A DNA stretch of 64,000 nt. Source: Solobacterium sp. Lineage in GTDB: Bacteria > Bacillota_I > Bacilli_A > Erysipelotrichales > Erysipelotrichaceae. Of this stretch, positions 48,588 through 58,875 are shown piece after piece. The stretch lies in NCBI GenBank assembly GCA_017404505.1, contig JAFRCE010000018.1, forward strand, positions 24,781-88,780. The letters run 5' to 3'. Within the stretch, counting starts at the first letter, position 1. Each line of letters begins with the position of its first letter. The notes under the pieces were generated by a model, which saw nothing but the letters and a program-made list of their open reading frames with translations, searched no databases and had not been told where the DNA came from. The position numbers and the translations under genes are program-made.

Positions 48588-50405
48588 ATGACAGAGAGAA
48601 CAAACGGTGCCAGACCGGTCCGTTCTGCCCGTTTCTCTCAGATTGCCGAACAGGAATATAATGAACACGCAATTAACCGAGCGACCGATACGCTCGTTTA
48701 TGCGATGGGCGGCCTGGGAGAAGTAGGAAAGAACATGTACTGCATCGAACATGATGACGAGATCATCATTATCGACTGCGGCGTCAAGTTTCCGGAAGAT
48801 GAACTGCTGGGAGTGGATTACGTCATTCCCGATTATTCATATCTGGTAAAAAATAAAGATAAAATCAAAGCGCTGATCATTACCCATGGTCATGAAGATC
48901 ATATCGGCGGCATTCCCTTTTTCCTCCAGTCCGTCCGGCTGAAGGAACTGTACGCGCCGCGTTTCGCCAAGGCCCTGATCGAAAAGAAGCTGGAAGAACA
49001 TCGTCTTTCCCGCTCCTGCAAGGTCATTGAAATCGATTCCGACAGCCGGGTGCGCACCAAATACTTCAGTGTCGGCTTCGTCGATACCGTTCATTCCATT
49101 CCGGATTCTCTCGGAATCCTGGTCAATACCCCGAACGGCCGGATCTTCGAGACCGGTGACTTCAAGTTCGACCTGACACCGGTCGGCACCAATTCCGACT
49201 ATCAGAAGATGGCTTTCATGGGCCAGGCCGGCATTACATTGCTGATGAGTGATTCCACCAACTCCAGTGTTCCCGGCTCCTCGATTTCGGAAAGAAAAGT
49301 CGCGCTGGCCATCATGGAACAGATGAAGAAAACCCCGGGCCGTCTGCTCGTTTCGACATTCGCTTCCAACGTCCTGCGTCTGAATCAGATCCTTGAAGCA
49401 GCCGTATCCTGCGGCCGTAAAGTCGCTGTCTTCGGACGCTCCATGGAAAACGTATGCGAGATCGGCAAACGTCTCGGTGTCATCAAGATTCCGGAAAGCA
49501 GCTTCATCAGCGGCAACGAACTGAATACCCTGCCGCCGAACCGTATCTGCATTGTCTGCACCGGTTCGCAGGGTGAACCGATGGCGGCTCTGAGCCGGAT
49601 CGCCAACGGAACGCATAAGTTCATCCGCATCATCCCGGGTGACACGGTCCTCTTCTCCAGCAATCCGATCCCCGGCAACGGTGTATCCGTCGGCGGCGTC
49701 ATCAATCAGCTGACCAGAGTCGGCGCCAATGTCGTCACCAATTCACCGCTGACCTCTTTCCATACGACCGGCCACGCGCCGAAGGAAGAACAGCTGCTGA
49801 TGCTGAACCTGATCCGGCCGAAATTCTTCATGCCGAATCATGGTGAATACAAGATGCTGGTCCAGCATTCCGCCACCGCGCAGGAAACCGGCATTGCCGA
49901 AGATCACTGCCTGATCTGTTCCAACGGTGACATCGTCGTCATGCGCAACGAAGAATGCTTCATCGCCAACGAAAGAATCCAGACCGACGCGATCTATGTC
50001 GACGGCAATGACACGTCCGGTCTTTCCACCAACGTGATCAAGGACCGCAAGATCCTCGCTGAAAACGGCCTGGTGGCTGTCATCGTCACCATCGACTCCC
50101 GTTACAACAAGATCCTGTGCCGGCCTTCCATCGTATCGCGCGGCTTCGTCTTCATTAAAGACTCCCAGACCCTTCTGAAAGAAGCGGAACTGATCGTCTA
50201 CGACGCCCTGAAGAAGACGATGCAGCAGAGAACCACCTTCGGTGAACTGAAAAACTGCATCCGTTCTTCCCTGGAGCCCTTCCTGTTCAAGAAGACGAAC
50301 CGCAATCCGATCGTCATTCCGGTCATTCTGAACCAGAAAGCGGCGATTGCCGAGATTCAGTCCAAGACCGGCCAGCGTCCGACACGCCGGAAAACAGCAG
50401 AATAA
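48588..50405 (+). CDS. rnj: ribonuclease J
   Basis: 605 aa. GGLGEVGKNMY, HGHEDHIGG (MBL/beta-CASP) and a C-terminal domain. There is a ~30-aa N-terminal extension relative to the RNase J proteins I remember. Confidence 0.93.
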   Translation: MTERTNGARPVRSARFSQIAEQEYNEHAINRATDTLVYAMGGLGEVGKNMYCIEHDDEIIIIDCGVKFPEDELLGVDYVIPDYSYLVKNKDKIKALIITHGHEDHIGGIPFFLQSVRLKELYAPRFAKALIEKKLEEHRLSRSCKVIEIDSDSRVRTKYFSVGFVDTVHSIPDSLGILVNTPNGRIFETGDFKFDLTPVGTNSDYQKMAFMGQAGITLLMSDSTNSSVPGSSISERKVALAIMEQMKKTPGRLLVSTFASNVLRLNQILEAAVSCGRKVAVFGRSMENVCEIGKRLGVIKIPESSFISGNELNTLPPNRICIVCTGSQGEPMAALSRIANGTHKFIRIIPGDTVLFSSNPIPGNGVSVGGVINQLTRVGANVVTNSPLTSFHTTGHAPKEEQLLMLNLIRPKFFMPNHGEYKMLVQHSATAQETGIAEDHCLICSNGDIVVMRNEECFIANERIQTDAIYVDGNDTSGLSTNVIKDRKILAENGLVAVIVTIDSRYNKILCRPSIVSRGFVFIKDSQTLLKEAELIVYDALKKTMQQRTTFGELKNCIRSSLEPFLFKKTNRNPIVIPVILNQKAAIAEIQSKTGQRPTRRKTAE

Positions 50406-50418
50406 GCACATATGATAA

Positions 50419-50455
50419 AAGGCAGTGCCGCTCATCGGCGGAACTGCCTTTTTTG
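50419..50455. terminator. bidirectional terminator between rnj and GG peptide 3
   Basis: AAGGCAGTGCCG...CGGC..ACTGCCTT followed by TTTTT, with an A-run on the other side. Confidence 0.75.
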
Positions 50456-50524
50456 ACTGTATTTCGGACGTTAAAGATTGATTGTCTCCGGAAACAGTGT
50501 TTTTAACAGAGACAATACCGGCTC

Positions 50525-50833
50525 TCAGAATACTGCCGGGAACATTTCATCCTGGAACTCGCCCATTTTATCGACAAGACACATCTGCTGCTGTTCCGGG
50601 AACAGGGCGACAAAAGCGCCGCAGTTGGAACAGATCATATGGTCTACAGCAACCTTTCTTCCGTCAGAGTAGCCTTCCCATATATGACCTACCGAGTTCA
50701 GCGTGCCGGTCGCATGGCATGCCGGGCATTCCAGATTGGCATTGATTATTCTTATTTCGTATTCTGTATCGAATGTGAAAGCTCCGCCGGTTACTTTTTC
50801 AATATCTTTCATTGTCAGTTTTTTTTCCTCCAT
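50525..50833 (-). CDS. double-glycine-leader peptide precursor with CxxC-28-CxxCG core (GG peptide 3)
   Basis: The track ORF runs to 50848. ATG 50833 has GGAGG 7 nt upstream. The leader MEEKKLTMKDIEKVTGG has V-4, I-7, D-8 and L-12. The 85-aa core is strongly anionic (12 D/E vs 4 K/R). Confidence 0.7.
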   Translation of the reverse strand: MEEKKLTMKDIEKVTGGAFTFDTEYEIRIINANLECPACHATGTLNSVGHIWEGYSDGRKVAVDHMICSNCGAFVALFPEQQQMCLVDKMGEFQDEMFPAVF

Positions 50834-50856
50834 TTTTCTTACCTCCATGGCAGATC

Positions 50857-50883
50857 ATTATAACTGTATACAGTGTTGTTCAA
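50857..50883 (-). promoter_or_regulatory. promoter of GG peptide 3 with an embedded perfect 12-bp palindrome
   Basis: Minus strand: TTGAAC-15 nt-TATAAT. The spacer contains ACTGTATACAGT (50863..50874). Confidence 0.5.
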
Positions 50884-51003
50884 TCAGATGATATAGCATC
50901 ATGCGCCCGGAATGCTGTATGGCATTTTGTTTTTCCGGAGCAGTACATAATACATAACCACAGATTCTTTTTCAAGATATATTTTTATATTTGCAGAATG
51001 AAT

Positions 51004-51633
51004 TCATTCCTGTACCGGCATCAGTGTCACGATACGGTTCTTTTCTTCACCGGTAAACGTCACTTCGCTGTCAGGCAGCTGTTCCATATCCGGGAATTCT
51101 TTTCTGACGTCGTCAATATGTGACAGCACGTCATAACCGAAGGTGTCGGTCCTGTAATGCATCAGAACGGTGAGTTTCGGATGCAGACGGCGGACAATGG
51201 CAGCCGCCTGTGCGGCATCGATCGTATAGAAACCGCCGACCGGAATCAGGACGACATCCGCGCCTTTCAGCTGTCCGTATTCATCATCACTCGGCAGCCG
51301 GCCGATGTCCCCGAAATGAATGACTTTCACACCACAGACATCAAGGATCGTAATGTCGCTGTAGCCGCGTTTCGCGCCGCCGCAGTCATCATGAGGAACA
51401 TTCAGAAATACGGCATTGAACGGATCTGACAGCGTCGCGGTCTCATTGATCAGATCACGGGCGTTATGATCGCTGTGCGAATGCGAACAGTAAACTTTTG
51501 ATGCCGAAATCCCTTCCGGAAGTTTCAGTCCCGGAACACTCCCGTTGGCATAAGGATCAAACAGAACGCTTTCACTGCCACAGGTGACTTTATAGCATGC
51601 ATGCCCGTAGGAAGTGATGACAACTGGTTTCAT
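51004..51633 (-). CDS. MBL-fold metallo-hydrolase
   Basis: 209 aa. CSHSHSDHN (HxHxDH). Confidence 0.85.
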   Translation of the reverse strand: MKPVVITSYGHACYKVTCGSESVLFDPYANGSVPGLKLPEGISASKVYCSHSHSDHNARDLINETATLSDPFNAVFLNVPHDDCGGAKRGYSDITILDVCGVKVIHFGDIGRLPSDDEYGQLKGADVVLIPVGGFYTIDAAQAAAIVRRLHPKLTVLMHYRTDTFGYDVLSHIDDVRKEFPDMEQLPDSEVTFTGEEKNRIVTLMPVQE

Positions 51634-51708
51634 TCTCTATTCCTCCTTCAAAAAGGAGAAAGAATACTCTTTCCCTTTTTAGCTGATTTGTTTAAATGAT
51701 GCGGATAC

Positions 51709-52671
51709 TTAAACCAGACGGTCGAACAGACGGTAAAGATGCTTGCGGCTCTTACGCGGTCTTTCGAGAGCTTCCTGGATCGGCATGGATGTGATTTCAT
51801 TTTCAATGATACCGACACAGTGGCCGCCGATGCCTTCCATCAGCAGATCGACTGCCTTTTCACCCATACGGCTGGCAAGCATACGGTCGGTAGCGGTTGG
51901 CGTGCCGCCTCTCTGAATATGACCGAGAACGGTTGCTCTGCCGCTGAAGTTTGTATTCAGGGATACCTTCTTGGCCAGTGCGTTTACATCACAGATCTTT
52001 TCGGAAATGATGACCAGAGCATGGTTCTTGCGTACGGCATCTGACAGATAACGAAGTCTTTCCAGTGTTTCGAGTTCGTTATAGCCTGTCTCCGGCGAAA
52101 TAACCATTTCAGCGCCGCAGGAAATCGCGGTATACAGAGCCAGGTCGCCGCAGCGGTTGCCCATAACTTCTACCAGTGAGCAGCGGTGATGAGAACTGGA
52201 AGTATCTCTCAGTTTATCGACATTCTCCACGCAGGTACGCAGAGCGGTATCGAAACCGATCGTGAAGTCGGTGCCCGGAATATCATTATCAATTGTTCCC
52301 GGCAGACCGATGCAGTTGATTCCCTTGTTGGTAAGAGCCAGAGCGCCGCGGTAGGAACCGTCGCCGCCGACGACAACAAGAGCTTCAATGCCCTCACGTC
52401 TCATGTTCTTGATACATTCATCCTGAATCGCTTCTTCACGAAATTCCGGCAGACGTGCCGAACCAAGCTTGGTTCCGCCGCGGTCCTGAATATCCGATAC
52501 GGACGAACGATCCATGACCTCAAATGTGCCCTCCAGAAGTCCGCGGTAGCCGTTCTTGACACCTACGACTTCGACACCGTTGTTCAAAGCGATTCTTGTG
52601 ACAGCACGAATTGCGGAATTCATGCCAGGCGCATCGCCGCCTGAAGTTAAAACACCAATCTTTCTGACCAT
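51709..52671 (-). CDS. pfkA: ATP-dependent 6-phosphofructokinase
   Basis: The track ORF runs to 52710. ATG 52671 (MVRKIGVLTSGGDAPGMN) has GGAGG 6 nt upstream. Confidence 0.95.
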   Translation of the reverse strand: MVRKIGVLTSGGDAPGMNSAIRAVTRIALNNGVEVVGVKNGYRGLLEGTFEVMDRSSVSDIQDRGGTKLGSARLPEFREEAIQDECIKNMRREGIEALVVVGGDGSYRGALALTNKGINCIGLPGTIDNDIPGTDFTIGFDTALRTCVENVDKLRDTSSSHHRCSLVEVMGNRCGDLALYTAISCGAEMVISPETGYNELETLERLRYLSDAVRKNHALVIISEKICDVNALAKKVSLNTNFSGRATVLGHIQRGGTPTATDRMLASRMGEKAVDLLMEGIGGHCVGIIENEITSMPIQEALERPRKSRKHLYRLFDRLV

Positions 52672-52714
52672 TTTTTTCCTCCGGACCATGTCAGTCTCCA
52701 ACATCGTCATTTTT

Positions 52715-53623
52715 TTAAAGCGGCTTCCGGCGGTCTCTGCCAGTCAGCGCGGCAACTTTGCACATATGCCGGATCCGCTCAATAATACGTTCTGCTTTCA
52801 GCACATCCTCGCGGTTTTTCGAAGCGAATGTGAAGTGCTGCTGCAGGCTTGCCAGATCACAGTTGGATGTGAACCATGTGGCAAGGCCTTCTTCATAGCG
52901 ATGATTCAGAAGTGTCATCAGGATCGTATCACGGTTAAACTCCGTGCAGCTTTCTGCGCCGATATCGTCAATGACGATAAAATCGGCATACATCAGCCTC
53001 TTCAGTTCTGTCCGGTACTCATCGGTCCGCAGCAGCGAAGCCATCCGCTGGGTAAAAGCAGGATAATGAATAAAAGCAACTTTTTCTCCGCGGGAAGCAT
53101 GTTCGTTGCATGCGCACGCAGCAAGATATGTCTTGCCCGAGCCAAGTGTTCCGTACAGATACAGACCTTCTGAATGATGGGAAGCCTCAATCGCTTCCTG
53201 TAATACCTTTAAATATTCCTTACTCTCATTATCCGCCAAAATCTGTTTAAATGAAACAGTTTTTAACGGTTTTGGCAGATCAGATACAAGATAATTTTCC
53301 AGATGCTTTTCCTTCTGCAGCTTCTGCCGCATATAAACGCACGGCATCAGCACATTCTGCAGCAGTCCGTCATAGACAAGAGCCTGATAATACCCTTCTT
53401 TATTCTGTCCGCACCGCGAAAGACCCTGACAGCCGACACACGGAGCATACTGTTTCCGCCAGTCGTCGATCTTCCAGGGTGAGATCTCAAGATATTTCTC
53501 AGGAATGCCGGAAGTACGGAACAGCTTCATGACGACTTCGTCATTCTTCAGTTCCTTTTTCAGTTCTTCCGTATCCCTGATCTGTTTTTCCGTCTGTCTG
53601 ACGGTAAAATCCGCTTTCTGCAT
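52715..53623 (-). CDS. dnaI: primosomal protein / helicase loader DnaI
   Basis: 302 aa. N-terminal Cys-rich region and AAA+ Walker A GTLGSGKTY. Downstream of the DnaD-type dnaB. Confidence 0.88.
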   Translation of the reverse strand: MQKADFTVRQTEKQIRDTEELKKELKNDEVVMKLFRTSGIPEKYLEISPWKIDDWRKQYAPCVGCQGLSRCGQNKEGYYQALVYDGLLQNVLMPCVYMRQKLQKEKHLENYLVSDLPKPLKTVSFKQILADNESKEYLKVLQEAIEASHHSEGLYLYGTLGSGKTYLAACACNEHASRGEKVAFIHYPAFTQRMASLLRTDEYRTELKRLMYADFIVIDDIGAESCTEFNRDTILMTLLNHRYEEGLATWFTSNCDLASLQQHFTFASKNREDVLKAERIIERIRHMCKVAALTGRDRRKPL

Positions 53624-53624
53624 A

Positions 53625-54821
53625 TCAGTCCTTCATCTTTGCCTGCAGTTCCCGGATTCTTTCGATATCCTCCCTGCTGGCCTTTGTCTCTTCCGGCAGT
53701 TCGTCATGCATCTGCTGCACGATATAGTCCGGCGCGTCAATACGGACATGTCCGCTTCTGCCGCCGCTGTACTGCGGCTTCTTTTTCACCTGCATCAGTG
53801 CCTGTTCCCGGGTATCGATGCCGTTTCTGGCCCATTCACCGGCCACCATTTCCACAAAGCGGCTGTTCAGCCGGTTGTCGGAAACATTGAGTATGTATTC
53901 GATCATGATATTGATGACTTCGTTGCTGAAGTGCATGTCCAGCGCAAGATGATCGAGGATCCGGCGGTCACTCAGTGTCACCGCCCTGCCGTTCTGCTTG
54001 GACTGCAGGAAGGACACCGGCGGCAGACTGTATACATCTTTGCCGCCGCTGACATCCGGCGTGCTCTTGCCGGCCAGGATCCGCAGCCTTTCTCCGTCAA
54101 ATGTCATCGTATTCAGATTGACGCATTTTCTGACCAGGATACGCATGCGGTCGACAGACAGGCCGTGCACTGTCGCCAGTTTGCCGATCAGCCGGAGGTT
54201 TTCTTCCGTGCGCAGCTCGATGGGGAATACCAGATCGCTGGTGGAAGCGATGAAGCGTTCATAGTCGAAGACGATCGTCGAATCGTCAATGGCAAAACGG
54301 TAACGGGGCTGAATCGTCGTGAAAGCGGAAGGCTGATTCGCTTCTTCCGTACTGTAGCGCACCATGCGGGTGATATCCTGATACCCCTGGGTGCTGATAC
54401 CGTTATCCTTCAGATTGGCAACCGTCGTTTCCAGATTCTTCTGACCGAGGACTTTCTGAAGACGATTCATATAAACACCCGACTGCATGAAAGCCCCGGC
54501 ATTCATCGGTGTGTTGAGATGGTATATATAAGCATCGCGGTTTTCGCCCTTGCGGCAGTAAACCCGCAGCAGCATGTATTCTTCCAGCTTCGCACAGGCC
54601 CGATCGAACACATCCGGGCCAAAGCCGCACAATGCGAACAGCCGGCTGTGGCTTTCCAGGGTATGCTGTCGCATGCCCTCCGCCGCCATCGTCAGAAACA
54701 GACTGCAGGCTTCCGGACCGGTCAGCGGCTGATACAGCTGCATCAGTGACAGTAGGATCTCTTCACTGATACCGCCGCTGTATTCGATACGGTATGTATC
54801 ACGTGTTCTGACTTCCATCAC
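53625..54821 (-). CDS. dnaB: replication initiation and membrane attachment protein (Firmicute DnaB, DnaD-domain family)
   Basis: 398 aa. Position between coaE and dnaI, with DnaB_2/DnaD-like repeats judged by eye. Confidence 0.75.
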   Translation of the reverse strand: MMEVRTRDTYRIEYSGGISEEILLSLMQLYQPLTGPEACSLFLTMAAEGMRQHTLESHSRLFALCGFGPDVFDRACAKLEEYMLLRVYCRKGENRDAYIYHLNTPMNAGAFMQSGVYMNRLQKVLGQKNLETTVANLKDNGISTQGYQDITRMVRYSTEEANQPSAFTTIQPRYRFAIDDSTIVFDYERFIASTSDLVFPIELRTEENLRLIGKLATVHGLSVDRMRILVRKCVNLNTMTFDGERLRILAGKSTPDVSGGKDVYSLPPVSFLQSKQNGRAVTLSDRRILDHLALDMHFSNEVINIMIEYILNVSDNRLNSRFVEMVAGEWARNGIDTREQALMQVKKKPQYSGGRSGHVRIDAPDYIVQQMHDELPEETKASREDIERIRELQAKMKD

Positions 54822-55413
54822 GTGCCTCCTTCCGCAGTTCCCTCATCCATTCGTTGATCCTGCGATCCAGAGTCTTCAGATCAGAACTGTTGTCCAGTAC
54901 GATATCGGCTCTGGCTTTCTGGATTTCCGGATCGATCTGGCTGTCATAGCGGGCCAGCGCTTCTTCCATGCTGTAGTCACGGTCATCCATCATTCTCTGC
55001 AAGGCTGTCGGCTTATCACAGACGACCAGAATGATCTGATCAAAATCATCTTCCCATCCCGCCTCAAACAGCAGCGGCACTTCGGCGCAGGCTGCCAGGT
55101 CTTCGGCATGCCGTTCAAAGAACCGGCGCATGCCTTCCCGTACGTAAGGGTGGATCACCGCGTTGACGGCAAGCCTTTTCTCTTCGTCATGAAAAATGAT
55201 CTCCGCCATTCTGGACGGGACAATGTCACCGTTCTCATCAAGAACGTCACGGCCGACAATGGCAATGATCTTTTCGTGACAGGGATTGCCTCTGTGCAGA
55301 ACAAGCTTGGCGTAGTTGTCACTGTTGAAAACCGCCAGTCCCCTTCTTTTCAGAAGGATCGAGACGGTGGTTTTGCCGGATGCGATCGTGCCTGTAATTC
55401 CGATTCTTTTCAT
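54799..55413 (-). CDS. coaE: dephospho-CoA kinase
   Basis: 204 aa. IGITGTIASGKTT P-loop. Confidence 0.92.
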   Translation of the reverse strand: MKRIGITGTIASGKTTVSILLKRRGLAVFNSDNYAKLVLHRGNPCHEKIIAIVGRDVLDENGDIVPSRMAEIIFHDEEKRLAVNAVIHPYVREGMRRFFERHAEDLAACAEVPLLFEAGWEDDFDQIILVVCDKPTALQRMMDDRDYSMEEALARYDSQIDPEIQKARADIVLDNSSDLKTLDRRINEWMRELRKEARDGSQNT

Positions 55414-55429
55414 ATCAACCTTTATTCGT

Positions 55430-56236
55430 TTATTTCTGACAGTGCGGACAGTAATACGAGGATCGTCCGCCGATCCGTTTCATATGAATGTCGCTTCCGC
55501 AGCGGGCGCATGTTTTCATCATATGCACGGTGCATTCGGTCTGAAACAGACCGGTGATGCCGAGCGAAGACGTATAGGAGCGGATCGTCGTTCCGCCGGC
55601 GGCGATAGCAGCTTTCAGGATCCGCCTGGTTTCCCGGATCAGGTTCTCTTCATCTTTTGCGGTGATTCGCTGACAGGAGCGGCCCGGCCTGAGATTGCAG
55701 GCAGCAAGTATTTCATCCGCGTAAATATTGCCGATGCCGGCGACGAAACGCTGATCAAGCAGCAGGGATTTCAAGGGCATGTCATGTCTGATGCGGTACG
55801 CGTGCACATAGGCGCGGCTGAATTCTTCCGAAAACGGCTCAGGTCCAAGTTCATGGAATGTCCTGAGGTCCGTATCCAGCGGCAGGATCTCCATCCGGCC
55901 GAATTTACGGGTATCGTGATAACGCAGCTGCATGCCGTCATCGAGATCGATGAGAACGTGCATATGCCGGTTCAGAGGTTCTTCCGGCTTCTGCAGCCAG
56001 AACTTCCCTTCCATGCGCAGATGCACGCACAGTATCACATCATTCAGGTAAAACAGCAGGTATTTGCCGCGTCTTGCGAAGGTGCGGAAATGCTGACGGA
56101 TCAGCTGTTTCCGGAATGTTTCCGGATCACCGACCACGGTTTTTTCATAGCGGACGGTAACGTCCGTGATCATACGGCCGCTGATCTGATGTTCCAGGGT
56201 GCGGACGACCGTTTCCACTTCCGGCAGTTCCGGCAT
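55430..56236 (-). CDS. mutM: DNA-formamidopyrimidine glycosylase
   Basis: 268 aa. MPELPEVETV N-terminus and a C-terminal zinc finger CARCGSDI...YYCPHCQ. Confidence 0.95.
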   Translation of the reverse strand: MPELPEVETVVRTLEHQISGRMITDVTVRYEKTVVGDPETFRKQLIRQHFRTFARRGKYLLFYLNDVILCVHLRMEGKFWLQKPEEPLNRHMHVLIDLDDGMQLRYHDTRKFGRMEILPLDTDLRTFHELGPEPFSEEFSRAYVHAYRIRHDMPLKSLLLDQRFVAGIGNIYADEILAACNLRPGRSCQRITAKDEENLIRETRRILKAAIAAGGTTIRSYTSSLGITGLFQTECTVHMMKTCARCGSDIHMKRIGGRSSYYCPHCQK

Positions 56237-56237
56237 T

Positions 56238-58868
56238 TTACTTTGCCTCGTACCAGGTGTGCCCTATGGCACACTCGGCTGTCAGAGGAACCTTCAGCTG
56301 CATGGCGTTGACCATGCCCTTATCGATCAGAGCCGTCATTGTGTCGATCTCATCTTCATATACATTGAAGATCAGTTCGTCATGAACCTGCAGGATCATG
56401 CGGCTTTTCACACCGGCTTCCTTCATGGCTCTGTCAATATCGATCATCGCCAGTTTGATCAGGTCGGCGGCAGAACCCTGGATCGGCGCGTTCATGGCCG
56501 CCCGCTTGCCGAATTCACGGACCATGTAGTTGCGGTCCCTGATTTCGGGAATCTCCCGGCGGCGATGGCACAGTGTTTCCACATAGCCCTTTTCTTCACA
56601 TGATTTCACGATGCCGTCCATATAGGCGCGGATACCCGGATACTTCCGGTAATACGTCTCAATGAATTCCGCAGCTTCTCTCCGGCTGACACCCAGCTGC
56701 TGGGCGAGACCGAAATCACTGATGCCGTAGACGATACCGAAATTGACTGTCTTGGCCTGCCGGCGGTCGGCTGGTGTCACTTCATCCGCGCTCTTTTCAA
56801 AGACGTCCATCGCCGTCTTGGTATGAATATCAATGCCTTCGTTAAAGGCCTGGATCAGCGCTTTTTCATCTGCCATATGAGCCAGCATGCGCAGTTCGAT
56901 CTGATGATAGTCCGAGGAAATCAGCACGCATCCCTCTTCCGGTACAAACGCCTTGCGGATCTCGCGGCCCAGTTCGTCCCGGACGGAAATATTCTGCAGA
57001 TTCGGTTCACTGGAGGAAAGACGTCCGGTCTGTGTGGCGCACTGGTTATAGATCGTATGAATGCGGCCGTCGCTGAAAATATACTTCTTCAGACCTTCGG
57101 CGTAGGTGCTGTAGATCTTGGACAGTTTGCGGTACGTGAGAATGTGATCGATGACCGGATGCACACCGGCCAGTTTCTCCAGCACCTCAGCTCCGGTGCT
57201 GCGTTTTTTGCCGGAAGGAAGATGCAGGTCGTCATACAGCACTTCAGCCAGCTGTTTCGGGGAATTGATATTGAATTCCCGGCCGGCCTGTTTCCAGATC
57301 TCTTCCTGTTCCGCGGTAATGCTGGCATAGGTATCCCGGGCAATCTGATCAAGGACGTTCACGTCACAGCGGATACCTTCGTTCTCCATCCGGAAAAGGA
57401 TCTCACTGAGCGGCAGTTCCATCTTCCGGTAAAGATCTTCCATCTGATACGATTTCAGAACCGGCTCATTTTCCTTCTTCAGCTGATAAATGAAGCGGGC
57501 CCATTCACAGCCATATGTCATCTGATCGTTTTCATCCGGCAGAAGCACCGGCTTGTTCGCTTTACCGTAGATTTCATCATATTTCTTCGAAGTCGCGAAG
57601 CCATACTTCTCCATGATCTTTTCCACGCTGGTCAGGGTCGAATCAGCCAAGGAAGCCATGATCATCGCGTCATCGCTCCACTTCACTTCAATTCCTTCCC
57701 TTTCACACAGGTGCATGCTTCGCTTGATGTCAAAGCCGCATACCGCATGCGCGCCGTCTTTCAGCGCTTTGCGGAATTCTTCGTCATGACGGGCGTCATC
57801 CATAGAAATATAGTAACCGTTTCTGCCGTCATATACGGCAAAGCCATGAATCGAAGCGGTCATGAAACTGGCATGCTCGTCATCAACGAACAGAGCAAAA
57901 TCATGGCTGTATGCTTCCGATGGTATCTTCTGCGTCCGCACGAATGTCTCAGTTTCTTTTTCACCGGCCGGATCTTCCGTCTCTTCCGTCCTGACTTTGT
58001 CCGCGAACCGCTGAGCCAGCTGAACCATATCCAGCGACTTGAGGAAACGGATCAGCGATTCGTAATCCGGTTTGAAGGCAGCGTCTTCGACGCTCAGATC
58101 GAGTTCCACGTCACGGCGGATCGTCGCCAGTGTCTTGGACAGCATGGCGGACTCATGACCCGCCATGATCTTCTTCTGCAGAGCCCCTTTCAGCTCATCT
58201 TCATGGGCCAGAACATTCTCTACCGTGCCATATTCCTGCAGGAGCTTCAAAGCGGTCTTTTCACCGATACCGGCAATGCCGGGAATGTTGTCGCTCTTAT
58301 CACCCATCAGACCTTTCATGTCAATGATCTGCGTAGGTGTGATGCCCATTGTTTCCTGCAGGGCTTCCGGCGTCATGTCATCCATTTCGGAAAGTCCCTT
58401 CTTCATCAGAAGAACATGCGTCGTATCGTCGATCAGCTGCAGCATGTCATGATCGCTGGTCAGAATATATGTTTCATAATCCGGTGACTGGCGGGAAATC
58501 GTTCCGATCAGGTCATCGGCTTCGATATCAGTCATTTCCACCCATTTGATGCCGAACGCGTCGAGCAGATCGCGGGCCATGGAAAACTGCGGCACCAGAT
58601 CATCCGGTGCCGGTTTGCGTCCGCCTTTATAATCGGCATAGAGTTCATGCCGGAACGTGTGCTTGCCGGCATCAAAAGCCACCAGCATCGCATCCGGCTG
58701 AACGATTTCGACCGCTTTCTGCAGCATTGAGGCAAAACCGAAAACCGCATTTGTCGGAAGTCCGCTGGCGGTTGTCATCGGCTTGCCGTAGGCTGTCGCG
58801 TAATATGCCCTGAACAGCATCGAGTTGCCGTCTGTCAATAATAATCTTTTTCTGTCACTCATAGACAT
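56238..58868 (-). CDS. polA: DNA polymerase I
   Basis: 876 aa. 5'-nuclease, 3'-5' exonuclease-like and polymerase domains (..DYHQIELR.., ..QVHDEL..). Confidence 0.96.
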   Translation of the reverse strand: MSMSDRKRLLLTDGNSMLFRAYYATAYGKPMTTASGLPTNAVFGFASMLQKAVEIVQPDAMLVAFDAGKHTFRHELYADYKGGRKPAPDDLVPQFSMARDLLDAFGIKWVEMTDIEADDLIGTISRQSPDYETYILTSDHDMLQLIDDTTHVLLMKKGLSEMDDMTPEALQETMGITPTQIIDMKGLMGDKSDNIPGIAGIGEKTALKLLQEYGTVENVLAHEDELKGALQKKIMAGHESAMLSKTLATIRRDVELDLSVEDAAFKPDYESLIRFLKSLDMVQLAQRFADKVRTEETEDPAGEKETETFVRTQKIPSEAYSHDFALFVDDEHASFMTASIHGFAVYDGRNGYYISMDDARHDEEFRKALKDGAHAVCGFDIKRSMHLCEREGIEVKWSDDAMIMASLADSTLTSVEKIMEKYGFATSKKYDEIYGKANKPVLLPDENDQMTYGCEWARFIYQLKKENEPVLKSYQMEDLYRKMELPLSEILFRMENEGIRCDVNVLDQIARDTYASITAEQEEIWKQAGREFNINSPKQLAEVLYDDLHLPSGKKRSTGAEVLEKLAGVHPVIDHILTYRKLSKIYSTYAEGLKKYIFSDGRIHTIYNQCATQTGRLSSSEPNLQNISVRDELGREIRKAFVPEEGCVLISSDYHQIELRMLAHMADEKALIQAFNEGIDIHTKTAMDVFEKSADEVTPADRRQAKTVNFGIVYGISDFGLAQQLGVSRREAAEFIETYYRKYPGIRAYMDGIVKSCEEKGYVETLCHRRREIPEIRDRNYMVREFGKRAAMNAPIQGSAADLIKLAMIDIDRAMKEAGVKSRMILQVHDELIFNVYEDEIDTMTALIDKGMVNAMQLKVPLTAECAIGHTWYEAK

Positions 58869-58875
58869 CCTCTTA

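Noticed and set aside
50863-50874. The palindrome ACTGTATACAGT as a LexA/SOS box
   Set aside because: It has a CTGT...ACAG flavour, but the spacing (CTGT-N2-ACAG) fits neither the E. coli CTGT-N8-ACAG box nor the Firmicute GAAC-N4-GTTC box. It is kept only as an unassigned operator candidate.
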